Shown: piece by piece, positions 1-11,620 of the stretch | Numbering within the stretch: the first letter of the stretch is position 1 | How the letters are laid out: each line of letters starts with the position of its first letter | Assembly (NCBI GenBank): GCA_047602405.1 | Contig: JASGHJ010000002.1 | Span: 832,001-896,000 of the forward strand | From: Anaeromyxobacteraceae bacterium | GTDB taxonomy: Bacteria > Myxococcota > Myxococcia > Myxococcales > Anaeromyxobacteraceae | Reading direction: 5' to 3' | Length of the DNA stretch: 64,000 bases | The notes under the pieces: generated by a model | What the model saw: only the letters and a program-made list of their open reading frames with translations | What the model was told of the DNA's origin: nothing | Databases searched by the model: none | Made by a program: the position numbers and the translations under genes

Positions 1-743
1 AAGTCCGCGTAGAACTCGCTGTGCAGGTGGAACTCGTGGCAGTTCCAGCGCGGTCGCGTGGCGCCGCGCTCGCCCGGCAGCTCGAGGACGCCGATCTTCG
101 GGTACCACTGGCCCACGAGGTGGAAGCGGTCGAAGTAGCCGGTGCGCGCCATCACCCGCGGGAGCTGATCGAAGAAGGCGAGGTCGAGCACCGTGCTCCC
201 GCCCGGCGGCACGGCCTCCTGGAGGTCCACCCGCACCACGGTGTGGTCGGTCTCGGGGCCGCCGTCCGGGTGCACGAACGTGCGCGCGCACTCCTTCCCG
301 CCCTGCTTCACCGAGCGGAGCTCGATGCGCCCCCACTCGCCGGCCTCGAGCGAGAGGTCGGTGCGGAAGGCGCCGTAGCGGCGCTTCTCGGTCTGGAAGG
401 TCGACCCGTCCGACTCGAAGCCGTTCAGGTAGAGGTGGAAGTAGACGCTCTTCACCGGGACGGCGCTGCGGTTCCGCCAGGTGAGCCTCCCCGTGCCGTC
501 GACGGTGTGCTTCACCGGGTCGAGCACGGCCCGCAGCTGGTAGTCCGCCACGCGCTGCGAGAGCGTCGGCTCCTGCCCGGTCCGCGGGCCGCCCCAGGCG
601 TCGGGCGCCGACGGCGTGCGCACCGCGCCGGCGTCGGCCCCGACGAGCTCGAGCTCCGGTGCCGTCGAGGGGGGCGGGGCGGAGGACGGAGCGGCCTGGC
701 CCGCGGCGAGGAGCGCCGCGGCGACGAGCGGGGGGGAGAGCAT
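1..743 (-). CDS. M1-family (aminopeptidase N-like) secreted metallopeptidase, 5' part; runs off the window's left edge
   Basis: Manual translation from ATG at 743: MLSPPLVAAALLAAG signal-like start, then YQLRAVLDPVKHTVDGTGRLTWRN...FHLYLNGF...ARTGY...GQWYPKIGVLE...WNCHEFHLHSEFYADF, typical of the N-terminal domain of bacterial M1 peptidases. Not in the ORF track because it has no stop inside the window. Confidence 0.8.
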   Translation of the reverse strand, partial: MLSPPLVAAALLAAGQAAPSSAPPPSTAPELELVGADAGAVRTPSAPDAWGGPRTGQEPTLSQRVADYQLRAVLDPVKHTVDGTGRLTWRNRSAVPVKSVYFHLYLNGFESDGSTFQTEKRRYGAFRTDLSLEAGEWGRIELRSVKQGGKECARTFVHPDGGPETDHTVVRVDLQEAVPPGGSTVLDLAFFDQLPRVMARTGYFDRFHLVGQWYPKIGVLELPGERGATRPRWNCHEFHLHSEFYAD

Positions 744-845
744 CCCCGATCGTCTAGCAAGGGACGCAGGGCCGGGGAAGCGGGATCCCGGGGAGCCGGG
801 CTCCTCCGTTCGCCCCGGTCCCGTCGAGGGGCGCGGCGCACGGCG

Positions 846-1310
846 TCAGAAGACGCGGGCCGGACCCGGGCCGCGCTCGAAGGAGGCGGCGGCCTCCCGC
901 GCCTTCTGGCGCGCGAGGGGGAGCGCTGCCTCGACCTCGGCGGACAGGGCCTCGCCCCAGGCGAAGTCGCGCCCGGAGACGGTGACGAGCGCGGCGGGCG
1001 GGACCCGGCCGTGCAGCGCGGAGGCGAGCCCGAGGATCTCCTCGGGCATGAGCGCGTGGATCACGGCCGTGCGGGCGGGCTTCGGGCCGATGCGCGCGAC
1101 GCGCACGTCGCCGGGCCTCCCCTCGACCGAGGCGTCGAGGAACAGCACGCCGTCCGCCGCCGCCACCCGCTCGGCGTGCTCGGGGAGGAGCTCCTGGACC
1201 TCCACGATCTCCACGCCCGGGAGCACGGCCTCGAGCCCGGCCGCCACGGCGCTCCCGGCGCCGTCGTCGGCGCGCACCACGTTGCCCATCGCGATCGCGA
1301 GCAGCTTCAT
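846..1310 (-). CDS. hoxW: Hydrogenase maturation endopeptidase (HoxW-like)
   Basis: MKLLAIAMGNVVRADDGAG...FLDA...HAL motifs of the HyaD/HycI family; directly downstream of hoxH. Confidence 0.88.
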   Translation of the reverse strand: MKLLAIAMGNVVRADDGAGSAVAAGLEAVLPGVEIVEVQELLPEHAERVAAADGVLFLDASVEGRPGDVRVARIGPKPARTAVIHALMPEEILGLASALHGRVPPAALVTVSGRDFAWGEALSAEVEAALPLARQKAREAAASFERGPGPARVF

Positions 1311-1312
1311 CT

Positions 1313-2740
1313 TCAGCGGACCCTCCGGTCGAGGAGCTGCCCCTCGGCGCCCAGGAGCGCCACCTCGAGCGGCATACGCCCGTCGGCGTGCGTGGAGCAG
1401 GAGAGGCACGGGTCGAAGGCGCGGATGCCGGCCTCGACGCGGTTGAGGAGCCCCTCCTCGATGCGGGGCTTGCCCGGGACGATGAAGTGCTTCGCGATCT
1501 GCGCGACCGTGCGGTTCATCGCGAGGTTGTTCTGGCCGGTCGCGATCACGAGGTTGACCTTCGTGAGCAGGCCGCCCCGGGCGACCTCGTAGTCGTGGAA
1601 CAGCGTGCCGCGCGGCGCCTCGCAGGCGCCCACGCCCTGGAGCCGGTTGCGCATCGCGACCGCCTCGACGTCCTCGGAGAGGATGTCGGGCCACTCGAGG
1701 AGCTCCTGGGTGCGCTCCACGGCGTAGAGGATCTCGACGAGCCGGGCGTAGTGGTAGTGGAACGAGGAGAGCACCGCGCCGCGCCCGAGCTGCCGGAACT
1801 CGGCGAGCTCTGCGTCGGCCTTGGGCGTGCCGCAGTAGGTCGCGACGTTGAGGCGCGCCAGCGGTCCGACCCGGTACATGCCGTCCGGGTAGCCCTGCGG
1901 CTTGTAGTACGGCGACTTGAGGTAGCTCTGCTTCTCGCCGGACTCGCCGATCCACTGCGCGTAGTCGGCGGGGTCGACCTGGTCCTGGACGATCTCGCCC
2001 TTCTCGTCGACGAAGCGGAGCTTCCCGTACGTGTGCTCGAGGCCGCCGTCCTCGGTGACCATCCCCATGAACATCGAGGGGAAGTTGCCGAACACGCGCG
2101 CCTCCTCCTGGCGCTCGTCGAGCGTGCGCTTCCAGTAGGCGAGCGTCCGCTCGGCGATGGAGAGCGCCTCGGGGATGCCGTCGCGGATCTTCTGGCGGCC
2201 GGCCTCGGTGAGCGGCGCGGCGACGCCGCCGGGCACCGCCCAGTGCGGGTGGATGCGCTTGCCGCCGAGGACCTCGATGGTCTCCTGGCCCCACTTGCGC
2301 AGCCGCACGCCGTCGCGGGCGACGTCCGGGAACCTCGCCGCGAGGCCGAAGAGGTTCCGGGTGGCGGGCTCGGCGTCGAAGCCGAGGAGGAAGTCCGGCG
2401 AGGAGAGGTGGAAGAACGACAGCGCGTGCGACTGCACGAGCTGGGCGAGGTTCATGATCGAGCGCAGCCGCTTCGCGGTGGGCGGCACGTCGACCGCGAG
2501 GATCGCGTCGGTGGCCTTCGCCGAGGCGAGCAGGTGCGAGACCGGGCAGATGCCGCAGATGCGCGGGGTGATGACCGGCATCTCGCGGAAGCTGCGCCCC
2601 TCGCAGAACTTCTCGAAGCCGCGGAACTCGGTGACGTGGAACTTCGCGTCCTGGACGTCGCCGCGGTCGTCGAGGTGGATGGTGATCTTGGCGTGACCCT
2701 CGATGCGCGTGACGGGGTCGATGACGAGGCGCTGGGCCAT
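1313..2740 (-). CDS. hoxH: Bidirectional [NiFe]-hydrogenase large subunit (group 3d)
   Basis: [11 protein letters not shown]1 motif [11 protein letters not shown]2 motif [10 protein letters not shown] followed by a cleavable C-terminal extension. Confidence 0.96.
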   Translation of the reverse strand: MAQRLVIDPVTRIEGHAKITIHLDDRGDVQDAKFHVTEFRGFEKFCEGRSFREMPVITPRICGICPVSHLLASAKATDAILAVDVPPTAKRLRSIMNLAQLVQSHALSFFHLSSPDFLLGFDAEPATRNLFGLAARFPDVARDGVRLRKWGQETIEVLGGKRIHPHWAVPGGVAAPLTEAGRQKIRDGIPEALSIAERTLAYWKRTLDERQEEARVFGNFPSMFMGMVTEDGGLEHTYGKLRFVDEKGEIVQDQVDPADYAQWIGESGEKQSYLKSPYYKPQGYPDGMYRVGPLARLNVATYCGTPKADAELAEFRQLGRGAVLSSFHYHYARLVEILYAVERTQELLEWPDILSEDVEAVAMRNRLQGVGACEAPRGTLFHDYEVARGGLLTKVNLVIATGQNNLAMNRTVAQIAKHFIVPGKPRIEEGLLNRVEAGIRAFDPCLSCSTHADGRMPLEVALLGAEGQLLDRRVR

Positions 2741-2742
2741 GG

Positions 2743-3303
2743 CTAGCCGAACCTCACCTTCTGGCCGAGGTCGGGGAGCTTGCCGGCGAGGAGATCGACC
2801 ACCGCCGCGTGGATGAGGTCGGGGTGGGTCGGGCAGCCGGGCAGGAACGCGTCGACCTTCACGACCTGGTGCACCGGCAGCACCCGGTCGAGCAGCTTCG
2901 GCACGATGCCGGGCTCCTCCGGGATGCCGGGGTTCACGTCCACCGCGTCCTTGTAGGCGCGCTCGAGCACCGGCAGCGCGGAGCCCAGCGCGTTGCGGAT
3001 GGCGGTCACGTTCCCGTTCACCGCGCAGTCGCCGAAGGAGACCAGCACCTTCGTGGCCTTGCGGATCACGTGGATGAGGTGGAGGTGCTCCTCGTTGCAG
3101 ATGGCGCCCTCCACGAGCGTCACGTCCACCTTGTCGGGGAACTTCTTCGCGTCGGCGATGGGGCTGTAGACGAGGTCCACCTGGTCGGCGAGCGCGAGCA
3201 GCCGCTCGTCCATGTCGAGGAAGGACATGTGGCAGCCGGAGCAGCCGCCCATCCAGACCGTCGCCACCCGCGCCTTGGTCGGCAGGGTTTTCACCGGATC
3301 CAC
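2743..3303 (-). CDS. hoxY: [NiFe]-hydrogenase small subunit
   Basis: [13 protein letters not shown] and PGCP [4Fe-4S] ligands; about 186 aa single-cluster small subunit. Confidence 0.94.
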   Translation of the reverse strand: MDPVKTLPTKARVATVWMGGCSGCHMSFLDMDERLLALADQVDLVYSPIADAKKFPDKVDVTLVEGAICNEEHLHLIHVIRKATKVLVSFGDCAVNGNVTAIRNALGSALPVLERAYKDAVDVNPGIPEEPGIVPKLLDRVLPVHQVVKVDAFLPGCPTHPDLIHAAVVDLLAGKLPDLGQKVRFG

Positions 3304-4003
3304 TGCTTCTTCTCCCGCGCGTTACGGATGTAGGTGAGGAAGTCGCGCCGCTTCTCCATGCCGGTCGCGGCCGTGGCCTTCTCGAAGAGCGCGCCGGTGG
3401 GGCAGACGTTCACGCACTTGCCGCAGCTCGTGCAGGACTGCGCGTTGCCCCAGGGCTGCGCGAGGTCGGTGATGACGCGGGTGTTCGCCCCGCGCGAGGC
3501 GAGGTCCCAGGTGTGCGCCCCCTCGATCTCGTCGCACACCCGCACGCAGCGCGTGCAGAGGATGCAGCGGCCGTGGTCGAGGATGAAGCGCGGGTGCGAG
3601 ACGTCCATCTCGGTCTGCGGGTGCTGGTACTCGAACCGGACCGAGTCCATCCCGACCGAGTACGCCGCCTGCTGCAGCTCGCACTCGCCGTTCGCGGTGC
3701 AGATGGCGCAGACGTGGTTCCGCTCGGCGAAGAGCAGCTCCACGATCTCACGGCGGTACTTCTGGAGCCGCGGCGAGGAGGTGGTGACCTCCATGCCCTC
3801 CTCGGCGCGGGTGACGCACGCGGGGAGGAGCTTGTTCGAGCCCTTCACCTCGACGAGGCACAGCCGGCAGGCGCCGATGTCGCCGAGGCCGTCGAGGTGG
3901 CAGAGGGTGGGCAAGGGGACGTCGTGCTCGCGGCAGACCTGCAGGAGCGTCTCCTCCTCGCGGGCGGAGACCTGCTTGCCGTTCACGGTGAGGGTCTTGA
4001 CCG

Positions 4004-4007
<4 letters not shown>
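3291..4007 (-). CDS. hoxU: Diaphorase Fe-S subunit (NuoG N-terminal-like)
   Basis: [10 protein letters not shown]...PTLC...GACRLCLV...ERNHVCAIC...[11 protein letters not shown]...[15 protein letters not shown] overlaps the hoxF stop. Confidence 0.95.
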
Positions 4008-5679
<1,672 letters not shown>

Positions 5680-5683
<4 letters not shown>

Positions 5684-6183
5684 GTCGCGGTCCACTCCCT
5701 CGTGCGCTTCAGGACCGTCTCCTTCGTCTGCTTCCCGGAGACCTCGGAGTCGAAGACCACCGCCGGCGCGATGCCGCACGCGCCGACGCAGCGGGCGACC
5801 ACGACGGAGACCTTCCCGTCCGCGGTGGTGCCGCCGGCCTTCACCCCGTGCGCGTGCTCGACCGCGCCGAGGATCTCGCCCGCGCCCTTCACGAAGCAGG
5901 CGGTGCCCATGCACACGGTGCAGGTGTGCTCGCCCTTCGGCTTCAGCGAGAACAGGTTGTAGAAGGTGGCGACGCCGTAGACCCGGGAGAGCGGGAGCGC
6001 GAGCGCCCGCCCGACGTAGACCAGCACGTCATCGGAGAGGAACCCGAAGAGCTCCTGGGCGCCGTGAAGCACCTCGAGGAGCGCGTCGGGCTGGTGCTGG
6101 TGACGCCGGATCTGGGCGTCGAGCATCTTGAACCGCTTGTCGCCGCTGGGATGGCCCTGCGCGACGCGAGCCGGAGCCGACAT
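5680..6183 (-). CDS. hoxE: NuoE-like 2Fe-2S subunit
   Basis: [29 protein letters not shown]. Confidence 0.93.
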
Positions 6184-6292
6184 GCGGCGACCGTACACCT
6201 GGACCCGGCGTGCGTCACGCGCAGTGCCTGCGCGCGGCAAAGTGGCCGAGCGAGGCGCGCAAAATTCGCGCGCCTCCCTTCGGCCTGCGCCG

Positions 6293-7084
6293 TCAGGTCT
6301 TCGGATGCTCCGGCTCCACCAGGTGGAAGTGGCAGGCGTTGCAGTCCATCTTCGAGCGCGCGTCGTCGCGGGCCGCACCCTGGGTGTGGCAGCTGCCGCA
6401 CTGCGAGGCGGCGCTCGCCGGCACGACCGGGAGCGCGCGGCCGGCGAGCTGCGCGTTGAGGAGCTCGGTCGTCCGCCGCGCGACCGACGCCACGAGCGCG
6501 CCGCAGCGGTGGACCCGCGCCGGGTCGTCCGCCTTCTTGCCGGTCGCGGCGCACCAGCGCGCGATGGACACGTGGCAGAGCGGCGAGCCCGCGACGGTCT
6601 GCGTCGCGGCGGTCGACGAGGTGAGCTGGACGTTCGGGAGCGGCTCGCGCTCGTACCAGGCGAAGAGCGAGTCGACGACCGGGCCGGGCTCCTTCGAGAG
6701 CAGGTGGATCGCCGCCGCCGCGCCGTTGAGCGCGCCGCACACGGTGCCCCAGCCCCCGATCCCCTCGGCGCCGTACGCCATCACGTCGAAGGGGAAGTTG
6801 TGGTAGCGGCCGCCGAGCTTGTCGGCGGCGCTGCCGACGAGGGCCTCGAAGGTGCCGTACATGCACTTCTTGTGGTCGAAGCCCTTGAAGGCGCGGAAGG
6901 CGACCTGGTCCGGCTCGAGCTTCGCGTACGGCCACGGCACCGACCTGAACTTCTCGTCCTCCTCCGCACTCGACTTGCGCACCGCCGCCACCGCCGCGGT
7001 GGCGCCGCCCCCCACCACCATCACGCCCGCAACGCCCGCGAAGATCCGCCCGAAGTTCCTGCGACCCGTGACGACGTCGAACAT
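6293..7084 (-). CDS. Split-Soret cytochrome c-like protein (C-GCAxxG-C-C family) with two c-type hemes, Tat signal
   Basis: RRNF twin-arginine leader, GWGTVCGALNG, SPLCHVSI..WC, C-terminal CGSCH and CNACH. Confidence 0.8.
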   Translation of the reverse strand: MFDVVTGRRNFGRIFAGVAGVMVVGGGATAAVAAVRKSSAEEDEKFRSVPWPYAKLEPDQVAFRAFKGFDHKKCMYGTFEALVGSAADKLGGRYHNFPFDVMAYGAEGIGGWGTVCGALNGAAAAIHLLSKEPGPVVDSLFAWYEREPLPNVQLTSSTAATQTVAGSPLCHVSIARWCAATGKKADDPARVHRCGALVASVARRTTELLNAQLAGRALPVVPASAASQCGSCHTQGAARDDARSKMDCNACHFHLVEPEHPKT

Positions 7085-7168
7085 GGTTTGACCTCCCGTC
7101 TTCGCAGCGTAGGTCCGCCGCGCGAGGAGGGTGCCCGGGCCGTCCGTCGCAGCCCCATGGCGGTCGGG

Positions 7169-8413
7169 TCAATCCGCCGCGCCCGAAGGCTCGCCCCGCG
7201 CGACGAACGCCGCCGCGGCGAGGTCGCCCATGACGTTCACGGTCGTGCGGCACATGTCGAGGAGCCGGTCCACGCCGAGGACGAGCCCCACGCCCTCCAC
7301 CGGCACGCCGATGATCCCGAGGATCATGGCGATGAACGGGATGGACGCGGTGGGGATGCCCGCCGTGCCGATGCCGGCGAGGACGCAGAGCGACATCGCC
7401 ACGATCTGCTGGCCCACCGTGAGGTCCACCCCGTACACCTGGGCGAGGAACAGCACGGTGACGCCCTCGAAGAGCGCGCTGCCGTTCTGGTTCATCGCCG
7501 AGCCCGCGGTCAGCACGAAGCGGGAGACCCGGCGCGGCAGCCGCAGGTTCTCCTCCGCCACCCGGAGCGCGGTCGGCAGGGTCGCCGACGACGAGGCCGT
7601 CGAGAACGCGGTGAGCATCGCGAGGCGCGAGCCCTGGAAGAAGAACCGCGGGCTCATCCCGCCGAGGTACTTCACCGACAGCGAGTAGACGCCGAAGAGG
7701 TGCAGCGCGAGCCCGCCGATCACCACGAGCACGTACAGCAGCACCGGCTTCACGACCGCGAGCCCGAGCCGCGAGGTCATCACGAAGAGCAGGCAGCCCA
7801 CCCCGAGCGGCGCGAGCTTGAGGACGATGGAGATGACGGTCATCGAGACGTCGTAGACGCCCTGCAGCACCTCGCGGAGCTTCCGCGCCGGCTCGCCGTC
7901 GGTGAGGGCGAGGGCGATGCCGAAGAAGAGCGCGAAGAAGATGAGCCCGACGTAGTCGCCGGTCGCGGCGGCCTTCACCGGGTTGTCGGGCACGAGGGCG
8001 AGCACGAACGCGCCCACCGTGTCGCCCGCCGGCGCGGCCACCGGCTTCACCGCGCCGCCCGCCTCGCGGGCGAGCCGCCGCACCTCGTCCGGCAGGCCAC
8101 GGCCCGGGCCGACGACGTCGACCAGCACGAGGCCGATGACGACCGCGATGGCCGACACCACCACCGTGTAGCCGAGCATCTTCGCGCCCATCCGGCCGAG
8201 CTGCCTCAGCTCGAGCTCGGACACGCCCAGGACCAGCGCCGAGAAGAGCATCGGCACCACGATCATGAAGAGGAGCCGGATGAAGAGCTGCCCGATGGGC
8301 TGCGCCAGGTCCTTCGCGAGCGTCTCGACCCAGGCGGCGCCGGGGGCGAGCAGGTTGGCGGCCACGCCCAGGGCGGCCCCGAGGACCACCGCGACGATCA
8401 TCTTCCGGTGCAT
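7169..8413 (-). CDS. Dicarboxylate/amino acid:cation symporter (DAACS, GltP-like)
   Basis: AFSTASSSATLP, MNQNGSAL and DRLLDMCRTTVNVMGD motifs. Confidence 0.92.
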   Translation of the reverse strand: MHRKMIVAVVLGAALGVAANLLAPGAAWVETLAKDLAQPIGQLFIRLLFMIVVPMLFSALVLGVSELELRQLGRMGAKMLGYTVVVSAIAVVIGLVLVDVVGPGRGLPDEVRRLAREAGGAVKPVAAPAGDTVGAFVLALVPDNPVKAAATGDYVGLIFFALFFGIALALTDGEPARKLREVLQGVYDVSMTVISIVLKLAPLGVGCLLFVMTSRLGLAVVKPVLLYVLVVIGGLALHLFGVYSLSVKYLGGMSPRFFFQGSRLAMLTAFSTASSSATLPTALRVAEENLRLPRRVSRFVLTAGSAMNQNGSALFEGVTVLFLAQVYGVDLTVGQQIVAMSLCVLAGIGTAGIPTASIPFIAMILGIIGVPVEGVGLVLGVDRLLDMCRTTVNVMGDLAAAAFVARGEPSGAAD

Positions 8414-8439
8414 CCGCGGTCCTTAGCGCGGCGGGCGAC

Positions 8440-10035
8440 CTAGCGCCAGGCCCCCGCGCGCGCGTAGACCACCGCGAGCGGGACCTCGTCGACGTAGAAC
8501 CCCGCCACCGGCCGGTCGGAGCGGAGCGCCGCGAGCGCGCGGTACTCCGCGTCGCGGTTCGCGCCGTCGAGCGGCACCACCGCGAGGTCGGCCTCCTCCG
8601 CGTCCGGCACGATCGCGAGGTCGCTGCGCACGAGCCCGGCGCGGGTCCACGCCCGCACCGCCTCGGGCGCGACGCCCAGGAACGCGACCTTCGCGCCGGG
8701 CCTCGCCCGGAGCGCGAGCGCCTCGAGGACCCCGGCCGCGCCCTCGCCGCCGGCCTGCCGCGGCAGGCCGCGCGTGGCGGCCCCGGTCGCGCCGCCGGCG
8801 AGCTCGTTCCAGGCCGCGCCGCCGGGCGCGTCCCGCACGGCGGCGAGCCCGGCCGGCGCGAGCGTCGCCGCGAGCACGAGCGCGAGGGCCGCGCGCGGCG
8901 CGGCGGGCCAGGCCGCGTGCGTGGCGACGTCGGCGGCGCGGGCGCCCAGGAGGGCGAGGAAGGGCAGGGCGGGGAGCACCGGCGCGACGCCCGGCCCGCC
9001 CGGCGCGAGGCCGAGCGCGGCCCCGGCGAGCGGCGCGGCGGCGAGCGCGAGGAGGAGCGCGTCGTCGGAGGCGACGGCGGGGTGTCCGCCGCGGCCCGTG
9101 AGCGCCCGCGCGGCGCGCAGGGCCGCGATCGTGGCGCCGGCAACGTAGAGGAGGAGGAGCGCCGCCGGCACCGTGAGCCCCACGAGCGCCAGCGCCGCGA
9201 GCGGGCCGCCCACCGCGCCGAGCGAGGGCGCGGCGCCCGCGCCGAGGGCCGAGAGCGCGCGCAGGAGGGGCGAGGGCCAGAGCGCGGGGGAGGCGGCGAC
9301 CGCGAGCGGCAGCCCGAGGGCGAGCATCGCGGCGAGCGCCACGGGCACGCCGTGCAGCCGGGCCTCGAGGCCCTCCGCGGCCGCCTCGGGGTGCGGCCTC
9401 GCCACGCGCCCGAGCACCGCGGCGCCCGCCGCGTGCAGCGCGAGCGCCGGCAGGAGCACGAGGAGGTCGATCCGCACCGCGACGGCGAGCCCGAACGCCA
9501 CGCCCGCCACCGCGGCGCTGCGCAGCCGGGCCACGCGCGACTGCGCGCCGGCGGCGGTGCGGTAGCCCCACGCGGTCGCGAGCGCGAGGGCGGTCGCGGC
9601 GAGGTCGGGCCCGGCGGCGAGCCCCGCCGCGAGGTGGCGCGGCGCGACCCAGAAGAGCGCGGGCGCGACGAGCGCGCCGGGGCGCCCGGCCACGGTCCGC
9701 CCGAGCGCGGCGAGGAACAGCGTGAGCAGGGCGCCCGCGAGCGCGGTCGCGAGGCGGCCGGCGCGGACCTCACCGGCGGCGGGCCCGGCGACGGCGACGC
9801 CGGCGCCGGTCAGCGCGTCGCCCAGCCCGGCGGGCGCGGCGTGATCGGGGAGGGCACCCCGCGTGGCGAGCGCGGTCCAGGCCGCGGCCGCGGCGCGCCC
9901 GCGCGCGATCGCCTCGCCCTCCGGGCGGGAGACCCACGGGTGGCCACAGAGGGCGGCGAGCGCGACGAAGGCGGCGAGGCCGAGGGCGAGGGGCGCGGCC
10001 CCGGAGGTCGCGAAGGCGAGGGCGCGGCGCTTCAC
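8440..10035 (-). CDS. Multi-pass membrane protein, probable GT-C/PMT-like glycosyltransferase
   Basis: Many Ala/Leu-rich TM segments; GTG at 10035 overlaps the upstream gene's stop; C-terminal soluble domain. Confidence 0.5.
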   Translation of the reverse strand: MKRRALAFATSGAAPLALGLAAFVALAALCGHPWVSRPEGEAIARGRAAAAAWTALATRGALPDHAAPAGLGDALTGAGVAVAGPAAGEVRAGRLATALAGALLTLFLAALGRTVAGRPGALVAPALFWVAPRHLAAGLAAGPDLAATALALATAWGYRTAAGAQSRVARLRSAAVAGVAFGLAVAVRIDLLVLLPALALHAAGAAVLGRVARPHPEAAAEGLEARLHGVPVALAAMLALGLPLAVAASPALWPSPLLRALSALGAGAAPSLGAVGGPLAALALVGLTVPAALLLLYVAGATIAALRAARALTGRGGHPAVASDDALLLALAAAPLAGAALGLAPGGPGVAPVLPALPFLALLGARAADVATHAAWPAAPRAALALVLAATLAPAGLAAVRDAPGGAAWNELAGGATGAATRGLPRQAGGEGAAGVLEALALRARPGAKVAFLGVAPEAVRAWTRAGLVRSDLAIVPDAEEADLAVVPLDGANRDAEYRALAALRSDRPVAGFYVDEVPLAVVYARAGAWR

Positions 10036-10934
10036 GGCGTCGTCACCGCGTCCAGGCAGAGGTCGCCCACCGGCGCCGCGGCGGTGAGCACGAGCGCGAC
10101 CTCGCGCGCCGGACCGGCGAGGCGCGCGGTGTCGACCCGGAACGGCGTCCAGCCCGCGGTCGCGAGCTCGGTGCCGCCGAGCGCCTCGCCGTCCACCACG
10201 ACCGAGATCCCGACCTGCCCGGCCGGGCCGCCCGCGACGCCGGCGTGGCCGCGCAGCCAGCGCCCGACCGGCGCGTCGCGGAACGCGAGCGCGAGCGGGG
10301 CGGGGAGCGGGCCCGCGGGGGAGATCGAGAGGCACGGGCGGGCGGCGCCGGCGACCTCGCGCAGGGTGCGCTCGACGCGGGGCCCGCCGGGGCCGCAGGA
10401 GAAGCCGGCCGCGGTGGGCGCGCAGGCCGCGTCCCCGAGCCTCACGGTCAGCGCGCCGGCGCGGTCGGGCAGGAACGCGAGCGGGAGCACGGGGTCGACG
10501 AGGTCGAGCCGCGCCACCGAGAGGCGCCCCAGCGCCACCCGCTGGCCCTCGACGGCGCGCGGCCCGACGAGCGCCTCGACCCGCGGGCGCGGGGCCGGGA
10601 CGCCGGAGAGCGAGACCACCCAGAGCCGCTTCACGCCGGGGAGGTCGCCGCCCGCCACCGCGGCCGCCGGCACCACCGGGACCGCCGCCGGGAGCACCTC
10701 GCGGGCGCGCTCGGCCCAGGCCGGCTCGACCGCCACCGCGTCGCCGGGGCGGGCGTCGCGCTCGAGGAGGGCGCGCGCGGCCGCCCACTCGAGCGCGGTC
10801 GGCAGCCGCCGCGCCGCGAGCACCGGCGCCGCGACCGACCAGGTCCCGGCGGCGACGAGCGCGAGCAGGAGGAGGATCGCGAGGGTCCGGGTGACCGGCG
10901 GACGGTCGATCCAGGCCTGGCGCAGGCCGTCCAT
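10032..10934 (-). CDS. Hypothetical membrane-anchored protein (start could be as far upstream as ~11066)
   Basis: TM segment TLAILLLLALVAAGTW followed by an extracytoplasmic domain; co-oriented and stop/start-coupled with its neighbour. Confidence 0.55.
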   Translation of the reverse strand: MDGLRQAWIDRPPVTRTLAILLLLALVAAGTWSVAAPVLAARRLPTALEWAAARALLERDARPGDAVAVEPAWAERAREVLPAAVPVVPAAAVAGGDLPGVKRLWVVSLSGVPAPRPRVEALVGPRAVEGQRVALGRLSVARLDLVDPVLPLAFLPDRAGALTVRLGDAACAPTAAGFSCGPGGPRVERTLREVAGAARPCLSISPAGPLPAPLALAFRDAPVGRWLRGHAGVAGGPAGQVGISVVVDGEALGGTELATAGWTPFRVDTARLAGPAREVALVLTAAAPVGDLCLDAVTTP

Positions 10935-11073
10935 CGCCGCCTGCCGGCGGATGCGGGCGGTGTCGACGATGTCGCCGGTGATCTCGCGGACCGCGGCGTC
11001 GAGCAGCGTCTGCCGGCGGGGCTGCGGGCCGTCGTCCGCACCGGTCCTGTGCGGGTCCTCGCTCAGGGGCGTC

Positions 11074-11620
11074 TCAGGTCTTCGCGAGCCGGACCTCTCG
11101 CTCGCTCTTCTCGCGGCAGAACGTGCAGAGGTCCATCTCGGGGTTCGCAGGCAGGTTGGGCGACCACGAGGGGTGCATGGCGCACTTCGCGTCGTAGCAG
11201 TGGTGCAGGCCCCACAGGTGGCCGACCGCGTGGGTGGACTCGCGGGCGAGCCGGCGCCGCCGAGATCTCGACCGAGGCCTCGGTGACGCCGCGCGCCGGG
11301 AAGCGCGAGGTCGATACCACCGCGCGGTCGCCGCCGTAGAGCGCGAAGCCCCAGCACGGCGGCTCGCCGAGGGGGCCCGGCGCGAGCGCGAGCGGGGCGG
11401 TGGTGAGGTAGAGGACCTTGTCGTCGGCGAACGTCCGGACGCGCTCGACGTCCTCGAGGAGCGCGACCGCGTCGATGCGGCCGTCGCGCTTCGTCGCGTC
11501 GCGCGGCATCGAGCGCTGGCCCGCGAACTCGGTGCCTGCGCCGAAGGCCCGGTAGAGCTGCTTCACCAGGAAGGCGACGTCGCCCGGGTCGAAGTCGTCG
11601 AGGGTCGCGACGCGGATCAC
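11074..11620 (-). CDS. carG: CarG, non-proteolytic archaemetzincin-like Zn protein (apparent 1-nt frameshift at ~11262)
   Basis: Directly downstream of carD (GTG overlaps the carD stop). After removing one base next to GATC (11264) it reads ...RRRLARESTHAVGHLWGLHHCYDAKCAMHP...DLCTFC, an HxxxHxxGxxHC-x4-C..M..CxxC metzincin motif lacking the catalytic Glu. Confidence 0.85.

Noticed and set aside
1313..2740. Selenocysteine-containing hydrogenase
   Set aside because: All four metal ligands are Cys and there is no in-frame TGA.
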